From contig NC_043005.1 of NCBI RefSeq assembly GCF_006345805.1, positions 73,966,001 to 74,030,000 on the forward strand: a stretch of DNA of 64,000 bases, written 5' to 3'. Shown here piece by piece: positions 10,560 through 22,955 of this stretch (positions within the stretch are counted from its first letter, which is position 1; the number at the start of each line of letters is the position of its first letter). The notes beneath the pieces were generated by a model, which was not told the origin of the DNA, did no database searches, and worked only from the letters and a program-made list of their open reading frames with translations. The stretch comes from Octopus sinensis. Taxonomy: Eukaryota. The position numbers were made by a program, and so were the translations under genes.

Positions 10560-11127
10560 TAAATACAAACTTGGTACCATTTCAAATATGATTGAAGCGT
10601 ATTCGAACACATAAGAAAGCCATTCACTGTATTCTGTCATGGAGAAAATTCCTCGCTGTAAATAGGTATAAACACACCGAGTCAGGTTGTGGTGCTCCGT
10701 AACCAGACTGCTGGTGCATGCATTTCGGAGCGCTTATCTCCTCTTCAGCACCAAAGATAGGAAAGCTGACTCTGCAAACTGACGAGAGAGATAGATCCAT
10801 CTTATTAAATTCGTATCATCGTACAATGAACCGCCGACTAGCGCAACCAATCATTGTACAATGATGGGAATACAGCAAGAGGAACATATCCCTCTCGTCA
10901 CTTCACAGAGTCTACCTTTCCGGCTTCTGGTGTTGAATCGAAGAGAAGCACTCCGAAATGTACGCAATCCACCAGTCTGGATAGGAAGCGCTGCGAACTG
11001 ACTCGGTGTGTGTACACCTAATTATTGACAGCGAGAAATTTTCTCCATGATAATATATGGTGAATTGCTTTCTAACATCTTCGAATATGTTTCAAGCATA
11101 TTTGAACTGGTCCCAAGTTTGTATTTA
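10560..11127. repeat. Long fold-back palindrome (MITE-like), arms ~270 bp
   Basis: Left arm TAAATACAAACTTGG...TCATGGAGAAAATT...TCATCGTACAATGA is the imperfect reverse complement of the right arm ending CCAAGTTTGTATTTA. Spacer ~20 nt near 10840. Confidence 0.85.
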
Positions 11128-11184
11128 TATATCTCACTGCTAAGCGTTTCCATCCTACACTAAAATATATTACTGTATTAATAC

Positions 11185-11424
11185 CTATTTCTTATTTCTT
11201 TACTACCCACAAGGGGCTAAACACAGAGAGGACAAACAAGGACAGACAAACGGATTAAGTCGATTATATCGACCCCAGTGCGTAACTGGTACTTATTCAA
11301 TCGACCCCGAAAGGATGAAAGGCAAAATCGACCTCGGCGGAATTTGAACTCAGAACGTAGCGGCAGACGAAATACAGCTAACCATTTCGCCCGGCATGCT
11401 AACGTTTCTGCCCGCCCACCGCCT
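11185..11424 (-). mobile_element. SINE family B monomer with 19-bp TSD
   Basis: Family-B body GCCTTTCATCCTTTCGGGGTCG; tail GTTTAGCCCCTTGTGGGTAGTAAAGAAATA; TSD TATATTACTGTATTAATAC at 11166-11184 and 11425-11443. Confidence 0.92.
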
Positions 11425-11912
11425 TATATTACTGTATTAATACGTGTTCCTATATATTTAACATTCAAATTCTGCCTAAATTTAAACTTTTCCCATCAAT
11501 TACACTGATGATCAAGCAGCCGTTACAACGAAGTCCATTAAGTCGACGTACCTTAGAACAATACACTCGTTTCAATGTTAAATATCAAATTTCCTAGTGG
11601 AATCTCATTACGTATTGGTACAATTAAGAACAGTTAATAATGCGTTCAAATCACAGTATTTCGTTTTTAGTGAAACAAAATAAATGTAATGCATCAGTGC
11701 GTATTGCGACACAATGTTCTCCAACAGCAGTAAAATAGGCTTGTTTATCATCTCATACGTATTCAATTAAACTTGGAATTCATATTCTATGGTTTTTACA
11801 TTAATATCCACTGGGGGAAAAAGCTAGGACATTTCTTGCTCTTTTGAATGAATATCTCTCACTTCCAAATTACCATACCTTAGTTAGTGCTAAAGCAATA
11901 TGCCATGAAGGG

Positions 11913-12478
11913 AAGGCGGCGAGCTGGCAGAAACGTTACCACGTTGGGCGAAATGCTAAGCGGTATTTCGTCTGCCGTTATGTTCTGAGTTCAAATTCCA
12001 CCGAGGTCAACTTTGCCTTTCATCATTTCGGGGTCGATTAAATAAGTACCAGTTACGCACTGGGTCGATATAATCGACTTAATCAGTTTGTCTGTCTTTG
12101 TTCGTCCCCTCTGTGTTTAGCTCGTTGTGGGTAGTAAAGAAATAGGTATTTCGTCTGCCGTTACGTTCTGAGTTCAACTTCCGCCGAGGTCGACTTTGCC
12201 TTTCATCCCTTCGGGGTCGATAAATTAAGTACCAGTTACGCACTGGGGTTGATATAATCGACTTAATCAGTTTGTCTGTCTTTGTTCGTCCTCTCTGTGT
12301 TTAGCTCCTTGTGGGTAGTAAAGAAATAGGTATTTCGTCTGCCGTTACTTCTGAGTTCTAATTCCGCCGAGGTCGACGTTGCCTTTCATCCTTTCGGGGT
12401 TGATAAATAAAGTACCAGTTACGTAATCGACTAGCCCCTCCCCAAAAATTTCGGGCCTCGTTCATAGAATAGAAAATG
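11913..12478 (+). mobile_element. SINE family B trimer (one head)
   Basis: Three bodies joined at AAAGAAATAG|GTATTTCGTC. The last unit has a different tail. One TSD, ATATGCCATGAAG, flanks the whole array. Confidence 0.9.
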
Positions 12479-13110
12479 ATATGCCATGAAGCGGTTCAGT
12501 CGTTATATTTAGATAAAGGCTCTTATGAAATATTATGTTTGTTTATAGGTCGAGAACTCCTTATTAGCTCACTCTGCACATTAAAACGAAGTGTATGCAA
12601 TATCATAATATACAATAGCACAATTTAATGAGATGAACTTAACAATGAAAAATAATAACAATTTAATGTTAAGTTTCGTTCGTAGAGATGTGAAAATAAA
12701 TGTCTTCAGAATTAAGTAAGATTTGAAGACTAGTTGTGTTAATAGGTATATATTCTGTTTATGTCAGTATGAATGCTTAGTATACACGATAAATGCGCAG
12801 ATTTCTCTACTTCATTAGAATTATTTCAAATAACCAAAGAGAGAAACAATGCTGGAGTTGGGAATAAATGTCAAGTGCTTCTCTTAAGTTAAATAGATAT
12901 CTTCTATGTTTTCAGACAAATACTTTATCCTCTAGCGAAGATATCCACCTATTAGCAATCGAAACTTGCTCAATGACAACGTTAGTTAATTCTAAAAGCT
13001 TTGTGTGAAAGACTTTATGCGGTCGAAAATGTATAATTGTAACGATATTTAAATTATTAAACTGTCTGATTTATTTTGCGCACTGTTAGGCATTTTCCTC
13101 TTATATATCA

Positions 13111-13389
13111 CTAGCAGAGATACCCGGCGTTGCCCGTGTTACATACAATTGAAGAATTAGACTTTTCTGTTATATTTTCTCTAATGAACTGGAATATCTA
13201 TGTTTCGAATTTTATCAAAATTGCAGATGAGGGATATTTCCCTCTTTACAACCCCCACAAAAAAAATTGAAATCATGCCACATATATCCCATACTACTGA
13301 TTTTATACGCATATTCCAAAATTCCAGTCATATTGAACCTGTTAAAAAGATTTTGCTCCTGAAAAATGAAGGTCATGGAGCTCTAAAAT

Positions 13390-13427
<38 letters not shown>

Positions 13428-13638
13428 TCCATATACATACAATAGAGAGATATTTTTATTTCACTTTTAACACGTAATACTGAAATAGTGGAGAAGATAT
13501 GATATTGCCCTAGGCAAAACGTTAAACATTTTTTTGCCCATGACACTACATGGACCCTAAGTAAGGCATGTGTTATATTTGAATGAAATTGGTTGTGTAG
13601 TTCTCACATACACATTCTCAGTTTTATATATATATAGA
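13111..13638 (-). mobile_element. Non-autonomous Helitron-like element, complete
   Basis: 5' A|TCTATATATATATAAAAC at 13638; 3' hairpin (ACGGGCAACGCCGGGT) and CTAG at 13111-13114. Confidence 0.75.
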
Positions 13639-13640
13639 TA

Positions 13641-15550
13641 TACTAGGAAGGGATTAGCATTAGCTTAGGACTAGGAGGAAGCAATGGAATCTGGCTCTGC
13701 AGCTCAGGTGACAGCCAAGAGACTGGCGTTAAACCAGCATCTTGAAGCCCAACATATGGGTTGCATTGTTTGAGCCAGAATTCGTACATTGGGTTGTGAA
13801 GGAATCAAGACAGCAGGATGGGCCCGAGTGGTGGGAGCCCAACGTGAAAACGATGGCACAATTCGATCTTTGATGAACCAAAGAGATAAATTGATAAACG
13901 AGCCTGAGGAGATGCGTGAGGTCTTTCAGGTGCACTTCGCCCAGATTTTCGGGGTGGGGAAGCGGACCGGACAGTAAGAGGGACCTAACGGATTTCCTCG
14001 CCGGGCTGCCGCGCCTCTCAGAGCTTGACGCGGAGTGTTGTGAAGGGCCGATCATGCCTGAGAAGGTAATTGAGGCTATGGCGCACCGCGACGCGGGTAA
14101 GGCACCGGGACTGGATGGTCTACCCTATGAACTGTATAAGAGTATGCCAGACTTGTCCGGGCACCTGCTGGCGAATGTCTACACGAACTGGCAGCGGAAT
14201 GGGTTCATTCCCAGATCTGTGCGCCGGGGAATAGTGAGGCTTGTCAGAAAGGACCCGAACAAGGGGGAACTGCATTGATAATTTTCGGCCCATCACTCTG
14301 CTAGACACAGAGTTGAAGATTTTGATCAAAGTGTTCTCGAAAAGATTGGCGCATGTCGCGGATGGCTTAATCGGGAAGGCACAGGCATGTGAAGTTTCCC
14401 GGTAAAACCATTCAGGATGATCTCCATCTTCTACAGTACACTGTAGAAGGGTTTCATAATGATTCTTGCAAGGGAGGGCCAGTGGTCGATTTAGACCATT
14501 AAAAGGCTTTTGATAGGGTAGACCATCATTACTTGGTGTCCGTTCTGGCACAGTTCGGCCTGGGTATTTGCTTCTTCAGCCATTGATGCGAAAATTGAGC
14601 CAGGATGGGCGGAGCTGGCCAATGTGTTCATTGCATCGGTCATCACCTACCGCCTAACCGTCGTTCCCTGCCCTGATTCGTAGTTGAGCAAGCTGGAAAG
14701 ACAGCTCTTCTGCTTCTTGTGGAAGTGTTCGAATACGCTTGTGAGACGCTCTATTTGCTGCCAACAACCGTTAAAGGGTGGGCTAGGGATGCCTTGGCTG
14801 ATGATGCGCAGGCACGCGCTGTGGTTGAGGCATCTGGATGATGATCGGGTATGGTCTCCGCTGGCGAAACAGTTGTTTTCCAAGTTCACTTGCTTCGGTG
14901 AACTGGAGATCTGGTTCTATCGTAGATCGAAGTTGGGTAGATGGTGTACGGAGTGTCGCAAGGCTCTCTGGATATTCCATCTCTCGGGCAACACCTGCGG
15001 TAGTGGTTCTACCACATTCTTCTATAGAGGGCTGGTAGAGGCAAAAATGTGACTTCAGCTTGGGGAAGCTCTAGGTCTCGACAATAATCAGCTGGCCAAT
15101 CTGTTCCAACGTACATTCGGGCCGAAGGCACTGGATAACTTCCAGACGTCTTTAGGATGGCAATGTTACCGAGGAGCCTTACCTGTCCGGGACAAACACG
15201 CAATCATGGTGGCCCTAACCCACCGACCTGTCCAAGATGTGGGCGAGTCAGGGAAACCGTCCCGCATGCTATTGTTCAGTGTTCGGTTGTTTCAGATGTG
15301 TGGGTTTATGCTGAACAACTATTGTCTAGTACAGGAAGAGTACAGTTATCGACTGAGTCAATAGTAAAAATTGACCCACCGGATTTCCTACCGAAAGAAG
15401 GTAAGAATTGCTTTCTTATCGTAGTAGCAATTGCAAGAAAGGTGATTCGGAAGACGCGAATGAAAGGTTTAATAACAGGCATTTTATCTCTGTCCCTGAG
15501 TTGGTGAATTTCTTCACCTCCCACCTAAGAAGGAAAATAGGGCTAGAAAC
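13641..15550 (+). mobile_element. Tx1/L1-clade LINE copy 1, 5'-truncated and degenerate
   Basis: Frameshifted ORF2 pieces (GKAPGLDGLPYELY, QQPLKGGLGMPWLMMRRHAL, CPRCGRVRETVPHAIVQC), homologous to copies 2 and 3. Confidence 0.92.
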
Positions 15551-16665
15551 GTAGTCCAATCAAGAGAGCAAAAATTGTGTTATTCCAGCAGCAAAAAGTT
15601 TCCTTTTCGAACATCAGCAAACTACCAAACTGCAGTACTACTAAACGGCTAGCGTGCAAGCGTGGAAGTTATTTTCGGAGACTGGTCAATATAAAGATTG
15701 GCAAAGGACTGGCACCCCAAGAAAAACGATGGCGCAGTTGGACCGTCGAATCCACCGACTTTCGGAAGGCAACTGAATGCTGACAGACGTTGACATTTGT
15801 AAACAATTGTCCAACGAGAATGGTGTTATTTTTACACCATAAACCGTCCGCAACCGTTGAGTGAATTTGGACTACATGGACGAATCGCTAGGAAAAAGCC
15901 AATATTATTAGAAAAGTCAACTCAAACGTCTTAATTTCGCAAAAATCAATGCTCAATGGACAGCCGAAGATTGGTGCAGGGTCCTTTGGAGTGACGAGTC
16001 ACGCTTCTGAATATTTGGATTAGATGGTAAAACATGTCTGACGTCGCCAAACCGAGGAATTCCATCCGAAATGCGTGAAAAAGACGATGCAAGCGGGGGT
16101 GGGGTGATGGTGTGGGCGGCATTTAGTAGCTTTGGTGTTGGCCCTCTTGTTAAAGTTGATAGAAAGCTAAATAGTGTAGGTTTTATGAATCTAATAAAGG
16201 ATAATGTGCCATATTTGACTCACCAAATGCCTCCGGGGGCTATTTATCAGCAGGACAATAGTCCTGTGCACAAATCCAAAAAGGTTATGGAATTATTTGA
16301 TCACCATAATATTGACGTAATCGAATGGCTTCCCCAGAGCCCGACCCTAAATCCTTGTGGAATTATGCTAAAAGAAAACATCTAATCGAAAACAATTATT
16401 CGATTATATCAATGAAATATGGCAAAACATTCCCATAGAATTTTGTAATCAATTAGCGAATTCAATGTCGAGGCGTTGTTCACTAGTTATTAAGAATGAA
16501 GACTACAACACAAAGTACTAATATGTATTTCGTTCTTGTTGCTCATTTTCGCTACAAACTTCAGCTTTAAATAAAATTATAATGATACGGTCTAAGTTTG
16601 CCGGTAAATTTGAAACGTTTAAATTATTATTTTATAAGAAATAGAACTTTTTATTTTCGCTAGTG
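15551..16665 (+). mobile_element. Degenerate Tc1-family transposon
   Basis: N-terminal HTH remnant, W...WCRVLWSDESRF, GVMVWAAFS, YQQDNSPVH, EWLPQSPTLNP. Many stops and frameshifts; no intact TIRs seen. Confidence 0.85.
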
Positions 16666-19600
16666 ATTTCTTTATTACGATTATACAATCGTTTACATAG
16701 AATTACAAATACATAACATACATGCAAAACAAATAATTAAGAGGTTCGATTAAAAAATTTTTCCATAACATTTGGATTAAAAAATTCGTCTATAAATTAT
16801 CCTTTACGTGACCAATAGAATCTTATCACAGTTCATAACCTTTTGATCTTACCGAAGTTTCAAACCCCGGCAATTTATAAGGCCCCGCAGCTTTTGTTTC
16901 CTCTCCTCCCTCCATAGTTAAGCTGGGTTTCTGACACCCACCTTTTTTTCCACTTCCTTCCATCTTTTCTCATACACACCCCGTGGTAAGTTCCTCTTTT
17001 CCAGCCCCATTTTGCTCTTCAGATGATATCTGAAGTAAGTGAGCAAGCCGGGGCCCGAGACAAAGGATCCTATCGCGACTCCTTCCATTCTTGTTCTCCA
17101 CATGCATTCTTTTACTACTGCAACCGTACAGTGAAAACATGCCTCACCTTCCTTCGAGAGTCCAGTTGGCGGTATCATCTTAATCATAGACTCAGCCGAC
17201 AGCTGTACTCGTCCTAGATGCGATAACACGTGTTCTGCGTAACTTATCAAGTCTGACAACTTCCGACAGTGTACAAAGGCATGCTGGACGGTTTCATCGT
17301 CCAACTCGCACCTTGGACACGTTGGTGGCACTGGAATTCCGTGCCGCGATAACTTCTCGCGAACAGGTAGAGCGTTCCTATAGCACTGCCAGGCCAGGGA
17401 TCTTTGGAAATTATCCAAGTACCCCGTCCTGAAAGTCTTTTTAAACAGGTTGGTAAGCTGGTCTTCGTCAAACCCCAGAGCCCCTCCTAGGACGTCGTCG
17501 TTCTTTGCCTCTACCAGCCTTCTATAAAATACCGAGGTGGTATTTCCGCAGCCGGCCTTGCCCGCCTTGTGGATCAGCGTGAGTGCCTGTCGGCACTCCC
17601 TTTGCCATAAAGTCAGTTTCCATCTTTTGATGCGACCGGGTTTAAAATCCGTTAAGGAGGCCAGTCTCGGGAAAAATTTCCCTGCCAGCGGACTCCACAC
17701 CTTATCACCATCCAGGTGGTGCCAGAGATGCTTCAGCCTCAACGCATGTCTGCGCATCATCAGCCAAGGCATTCCTAACCCACCTTTTAACGGTTCCTGG
17801 CAGCAAACGGAGCGCCTCACAAGTGGCTTTCCTCCCTTCCACAAAAAGCGGAAAAGGATTCGCTCCAACTTGTTAAGCCATGAACCGGGGCAAGGGACAA
17901 CGGTCAGGCGGTAAGTGATTACAGATGCAATGAACATCTGCACCACCTCCGCCCTTCCTTTCAAGGACAGAGACCTTCCGGACCAGGTCCGTACTATGGC
18001 CTCCACCTTGCTCGTCACCTCACTCCAGTTCCTCTCCGTTTGGGAGTCTGGCCCAAACCAGACTCCTAGCAACTTAACAGGGCCATCCGTCCAGTGTCCC
18101 ACGACGCTGGACGATATCGACTTGCTCCTCCAGGTGCCGAGGCGCAAGCCAACCGACTTGTCCTTGTTAACCTTTGCTCCTGCCACCGCCTCGTATCCTC
18201 TGATAGCCTCTTCCACACAAGGTAGCTGGGCCTCATTGGACACGATGAGGGTGACGTCATCCGCGTAAGCAGTAACCGACCTCCCACCTCCGATCTCATC
18301 CGAGTTGCTTCCCAGCCTCTCCAACTTTCGCAGCAATGGCTCAAGAGCCAACACGTACAAAAGTGGTGACAAGGGGCACCCTTGACGAACTGAACATTCA
18401 ATCGAAAACGGTTCCGTTAGGTAACCGTTTATCTGGACGGTGGACTTGATGCCGCTATACATAGCGGAGATCCACCCGCGAAATTCAGGGCCCAGTCCAG
18501 CCGCTTCGAGGACCGTCGCCAGGTACTCATGGTCTACCCTATCGAAGGCTTTACTTTGGTCTAAATGGACCATTACCCCTCCCTTGCCGGTTAATTTACC
18601 CACCCTGTCTAAGGTGTAGCGTATAAGGTGAAGATTGTCCTGGATCGACCTGCCTGGAATTGCACATGTCTGTGCTCTCCCTACAAGTTTCTCCACGACA
18701 ACCGTCAACCTTTTTGCCAACACCTTGGCCAAAATCTTTAACTCTACATTAAGTAGAGTTATGGGCCTGTAGTTACTAATGTTATCCCCCTTGCTCGGGT
18801 CTTTCTGGATTAGCGTCACCACTCCCCGGCTTACAGAGCTGGGAATTCTCCCATTCTGCTGCCAGTTCGTGTAGACGCCTGCCAATATTCCCCCGAACAA
18901 GTCCGGCATACTTTGGTAAAACTCGTAGGGCAGACCATCCAACCCCGGCGACTTCTCCCCGGCGCATCCGGCCAGTATCCCCTCTATCTCCGCAGGAGTG
19001 ATCGCTTCTTCACAGCACTCCACCTCACGCCCCGAGAGCCGCGGTTCGCCGGCCAGGAAGTCCTTTAAGGTCCTCCCTCGCTCCGGCGCCACACCACCCC
19101 CGAACACGCGGGCGAAATGCTGGTGAAGAAACTTTTGCATCTCCTCCTGTCCATAGATCTTTTGTCCCTGTTCGTCAGTTAAAGATTTGATTGAGGCTTT
19201 GTTGCCTCTCTGACTCTCCACACGACGGGCCCATCCGGCAACGTTAATACCTTCTCGTTTTCCAGCGCGTAGCTTAGCTCTGACTCTGCAACCTTCGTGT
19301 TTGGAGTTAAGGTGACGGTACAATACCGTCCTTGCCGCCAACACTCCGGATGCAGAGCCAGCTTCCATTGCCTCGTCTAGATTCTTAACTAAATCGCCCT
19401 CTAGACTAGCCCTATCTATCCTTAGCTGATTGCTAAATCTAACGGACTCTGAACGAATGGCTCTTTTGAGGGCGTGCCACCATCTATTGTTAATGATGGT
19501 GCCACACAATGCCCTCTAACTAACACCTTAATCCGGGTACGGAAGTCTTCACAATTCAAAATAGCCTTGTTCAGCTTCCAGTACCCGGGTCCCTGTCTAT

Positions 19601-20585
19601 GACACTTGTCTAATTGCATCCCACACGTCACAAATTTGTGATCCGAGTGGGTACAATATGAAATTGTGGACAACTAAACGTATCCTTATCTCTTTTCTTA
19701 ATAAATATCCTATCTAGATACGATCTGTGTGAGCCGTCGTTGTTACTCCACGTCCACTGTGGCACGCTCGGCTCATCCAGTCGGTAACGGTCTACTAGAT
19801 CAAAGCTCTCTAGTAGACCCTTGAGGCTAGGGTTCCCCTTCCTCTTGGTTGAGCCAACACTGTCGACCCGCGCTTCAAGGACAGTGTTAAAGTCCCCTAC
19901 TAGGATTACCGTTTTCGACGTCGCTAAAAAGGGCTCCAGGTTCCGAAAAAAACCCGCCTGTCTACTCTCGTTCGGAGCGTAGACAGCTACCAACCTGAAG
20001 GACTGTTTACTTACGTGGGTCACATCCAGAACAACCAGCCTGCCTTCTGGGTCCAGAAAGACAGTACTTACCTGCAAGTCCAAGCTCTTCCTGATAAGGA
20101 CTGCCACGCCTCTGCCTCTTCCTCGGCTAGGAGAAACAAATTTCTCGAACCCATTTAGAAGAGGCGAGAACGCTTGGGCCCCGTTCATCTTGGACTCGGT
20201 TGCAATAGCTATGTCTACACCATGTGTCGTGAGGTCGTGCAGGAAGCAAATTTGCTTCCATTTCGACCCCATTCCACGTACATTTATACAACCCAGCTTA
20301 GCCATTCTAGGTGAGAGAGAAAAATAAATGTACTCACGGTTGGGAAAGGGAGCATGACAGTTTAAATCTGCCTGCTTCCCCTTCTTCCTCCCTTGTAGTC
20401 GTAGCTGCAGGGCTCTTGACCGGCGTTGCCACCGGGCTCTGGGTGGGTGTGGTTGCCGGGGTTATCACAAGTTTGCCCTCCATTACTTCGTTAGTCACGT
20501 CTCTGATCAGTCTGTTCTTTAGATGTTCTTGAAGAACTTCTTCCTTCCACTCGTCTTCCTTTATTTTCGCGAAGCGAGTGGTTGC
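16666..20585 (-). mobile_element. Tx1/L1-clade LINE copy 2: end of ORF1, nearly complete ORF2 and 3' UTR
   Basis: APE endonuclease at 20305-19650 (INVRG, YAPN, VGDFN, SYLDRIF, SDH); RT at 19509-16918 (NYRPITLLN, DQSKAFDRVDH, RQGCPLSPLLY, AYADD); CCHC knuckle CPRC..ETVQHAFVHC. Two frameshifts (~19650, ~19510). ORF1 C-terminus at 20585-20334. The 3' UTR ends CGTAATAAAGAAA. Confidence 0.95.
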
Positions 20586-22955
20586 TTTTATATCTGTTTT
20601 ATTATTACCCACAAGGGGCCAACAAAGAGGGGACAATACAACCTGATGTGGGGTCAGATTCTCGGATGGGGTTACAAAAGGATGAGTTTAAAAATTCCAA
20701 AAATTCACAAAAATGCAAAAATTATAAAAATCGAATGAAAAAAAAACAGACCGGAAGACATTACAGGTGGAGTGGGGGCGGGTTCAGCTCGGACCCCACG
20801 AGCCCCGCCTCACCACTGATACTTTTGGTTTCGTTCTGATTTACATTTATGTGGTGTCATCCATTCTCAACTTCCGTGCTACATCCTTCCATCGTTCTTC
20901 ATACACTCTTTTAGTCAGGCATTTTCTCTCCAGCCCTATCTTCCTTTTCAGGTGGTAGATGAAGTAATTCATCAACCCAGGGCCGGATATGAACTTACCT
21001 GACCGTGTACCTTTCATTCTCGTCTTCCATATCACCTCTTTCGCAATTGCTACCACAACGAGAAAACAATTCTTACCTTCTTTCGCGAGGAAATCTGGTG
21101 GGTCAATTTTTTTATACACTCAGTCGACAGCTGTACTCTTCGTGTGTTTGACAACAGCTGTTCGGCATAAACCCACACCTCAGACACGACCGAACAATGA
21201 ACAATAGCGTGCGGGACGGTTTCCCTATCCCGCCCGCATCTTGGACACATCGGACTGTCCCGGCCACCGTGCCTTGCGAGTTTATCCCGAACAGGTAGAG
21301 CTCCTCTGTAGCATTGCCATGCCAGAGACTTCTGGAAGTTGTCCAGTGTCTTCGGCTCGAACGTACGTCGGAACAGACTGACCAGCTGATTATCGTCTAG
21401 ACCCAGGGTTTCCCCCAAGGTGTCTTCACATTTCGCCTCTACCAACCCTCTATAGAAGAATGTGGTGGAACCCCCACCGCAGGCGTTGCCCGAGCGACGG
21501 AATAGCAGGAGAGCCTTGCGACACTCCGAATGCCATGTACCGGGTTTCGATCTACGATTCGGCCAGGATTTCCGTCCACCGAAACTAGTGAACTTGGGAA
21601 ACATCAGTTTTGGTAACGGAGACCACACCCGTTCACCATCCAGGTAGAGCCACAGATGTCTTAACCTCAGCGCATGTCTGCGCATCATCAGCCAAGGCAT
21701 CCCTAGCCCACCCTTTAACGGTTGTTGACAGCAAGTAGAGCGTTTCACAAGTGGTTTCCCGCCCTTCCACAAGAAGTAGAAGAGCTGTCTTTCCAACTTG
21801 ATCAACCACGAATCAGGGCAAGGAACGACGGAAAGGCGGTAGGTGATAACCGATGCGATAAACACATTGGCTACCTCCGCCCTCCCTTTCAGGGATAGCC
21901 ACCGCCAAGACCAGGTCTTGGTTACTGCAGCCACCCTGCTCGATACCTCGCCCCAATTCTTCTCTATTTGGAGGTCTGGACCGAACCAAACCCCTAGCAA
22001 CTTAATCGGACCCTCCGTCCAACGTCCCACGACGCTGTCAGGAGGCATCGACTTGCCTCTCCAGGTGCCGAGTTGCAAGCCGACTGACTTTTCGCGATTA
22101 ACTTTTGCTCCTGTCACCGTCTCGTAAACCTCTATGGCCTTGCCTACTTTACGTAGGTGGTCCATTTCGGTTACGATGATGGTGATGTCATCCGCGTACG
22201 CTGACACCGATTTTCCACTACCTGGCTGTCTCGGGATGCCGCTCAGTTTTCGCAGTAATGGCTCAAGAGCCATCACGTACAAAAGCGGGGAGAGCGGACA
22301 CCCTTGACGAACCGAGCGCTTGATGTTGAACGGCTTCGACAAGAAGCCGTTCACCCGAACTACCGAGTCGATGTTGTCGTAAATTTGGATAATCCACCTG
22401 AGGAAGCCAAGGCTCAGCCCGAACTGTGCCAGGGCAGATACCAGGTAGCGATGGTCGACCCTATCGAATGCTTTAGATTGGTCTAAATGGACCAGTGCCC
22501 CACCCTTGCCAGAATCGCTATTAAACCCCTCTATAGTGTACCGCATAAGATGGAGATTATCCTGAATGGTTCTGCCAGGAACGGCACATGTCTGTGCCTC
22601 CCCGATCAGACCATCTGCGACACGCGCCAATCTTTTCGATAACACTTTGGCCAAAATCTTCAACTCTGTGTTTAGCAGAGTGATGGGCCTGAAATTATCA
22701 ATGCACTCCCCCTTGCTCGGGTCCTTTCTGACGAGTGTCACTACTCCCCGGCGCACAGATCTGGGTATGAGCCCGTTCTGCTGCCAGTTCGCATAGACCT
22801 CCGCCAGTAGGTGCCCGAACAAGTCTGGCATACTCTTATATAACTCATAGGGTAGACCATCTAAACCCGGCGCCTTGCCCGCGCCGCAGTCCGCCATCGC
22901 CTCAACCACCTCCCCAGGCGTGATTGGCCCTTCACAGCCCTCCGCATCTCGCCCT
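20586..22955 (-). mobile_element. Tx1/L1-clade LINE copy 3, 5'-truncated, with intact 3' UTR
   Basis: 619-aa RT ORF at 22909-21050, frameshifted C-terminus to 20847, and a 3' UTR ending GCCCCTTGTGGGTAATAATAAA. More similar to copy 1 than to copy 2. Confidence 0.95.

Noticed and set aside
16918-22909. GC-richer, ORF-dense block as possible bacterial contamination or group II intron/retron RT
   Set aside because: The APE endonuclease + RT + CCHC layout, 3' UTR tails and interleaving with host repeats identify Tx1/L1-clade LINEs.
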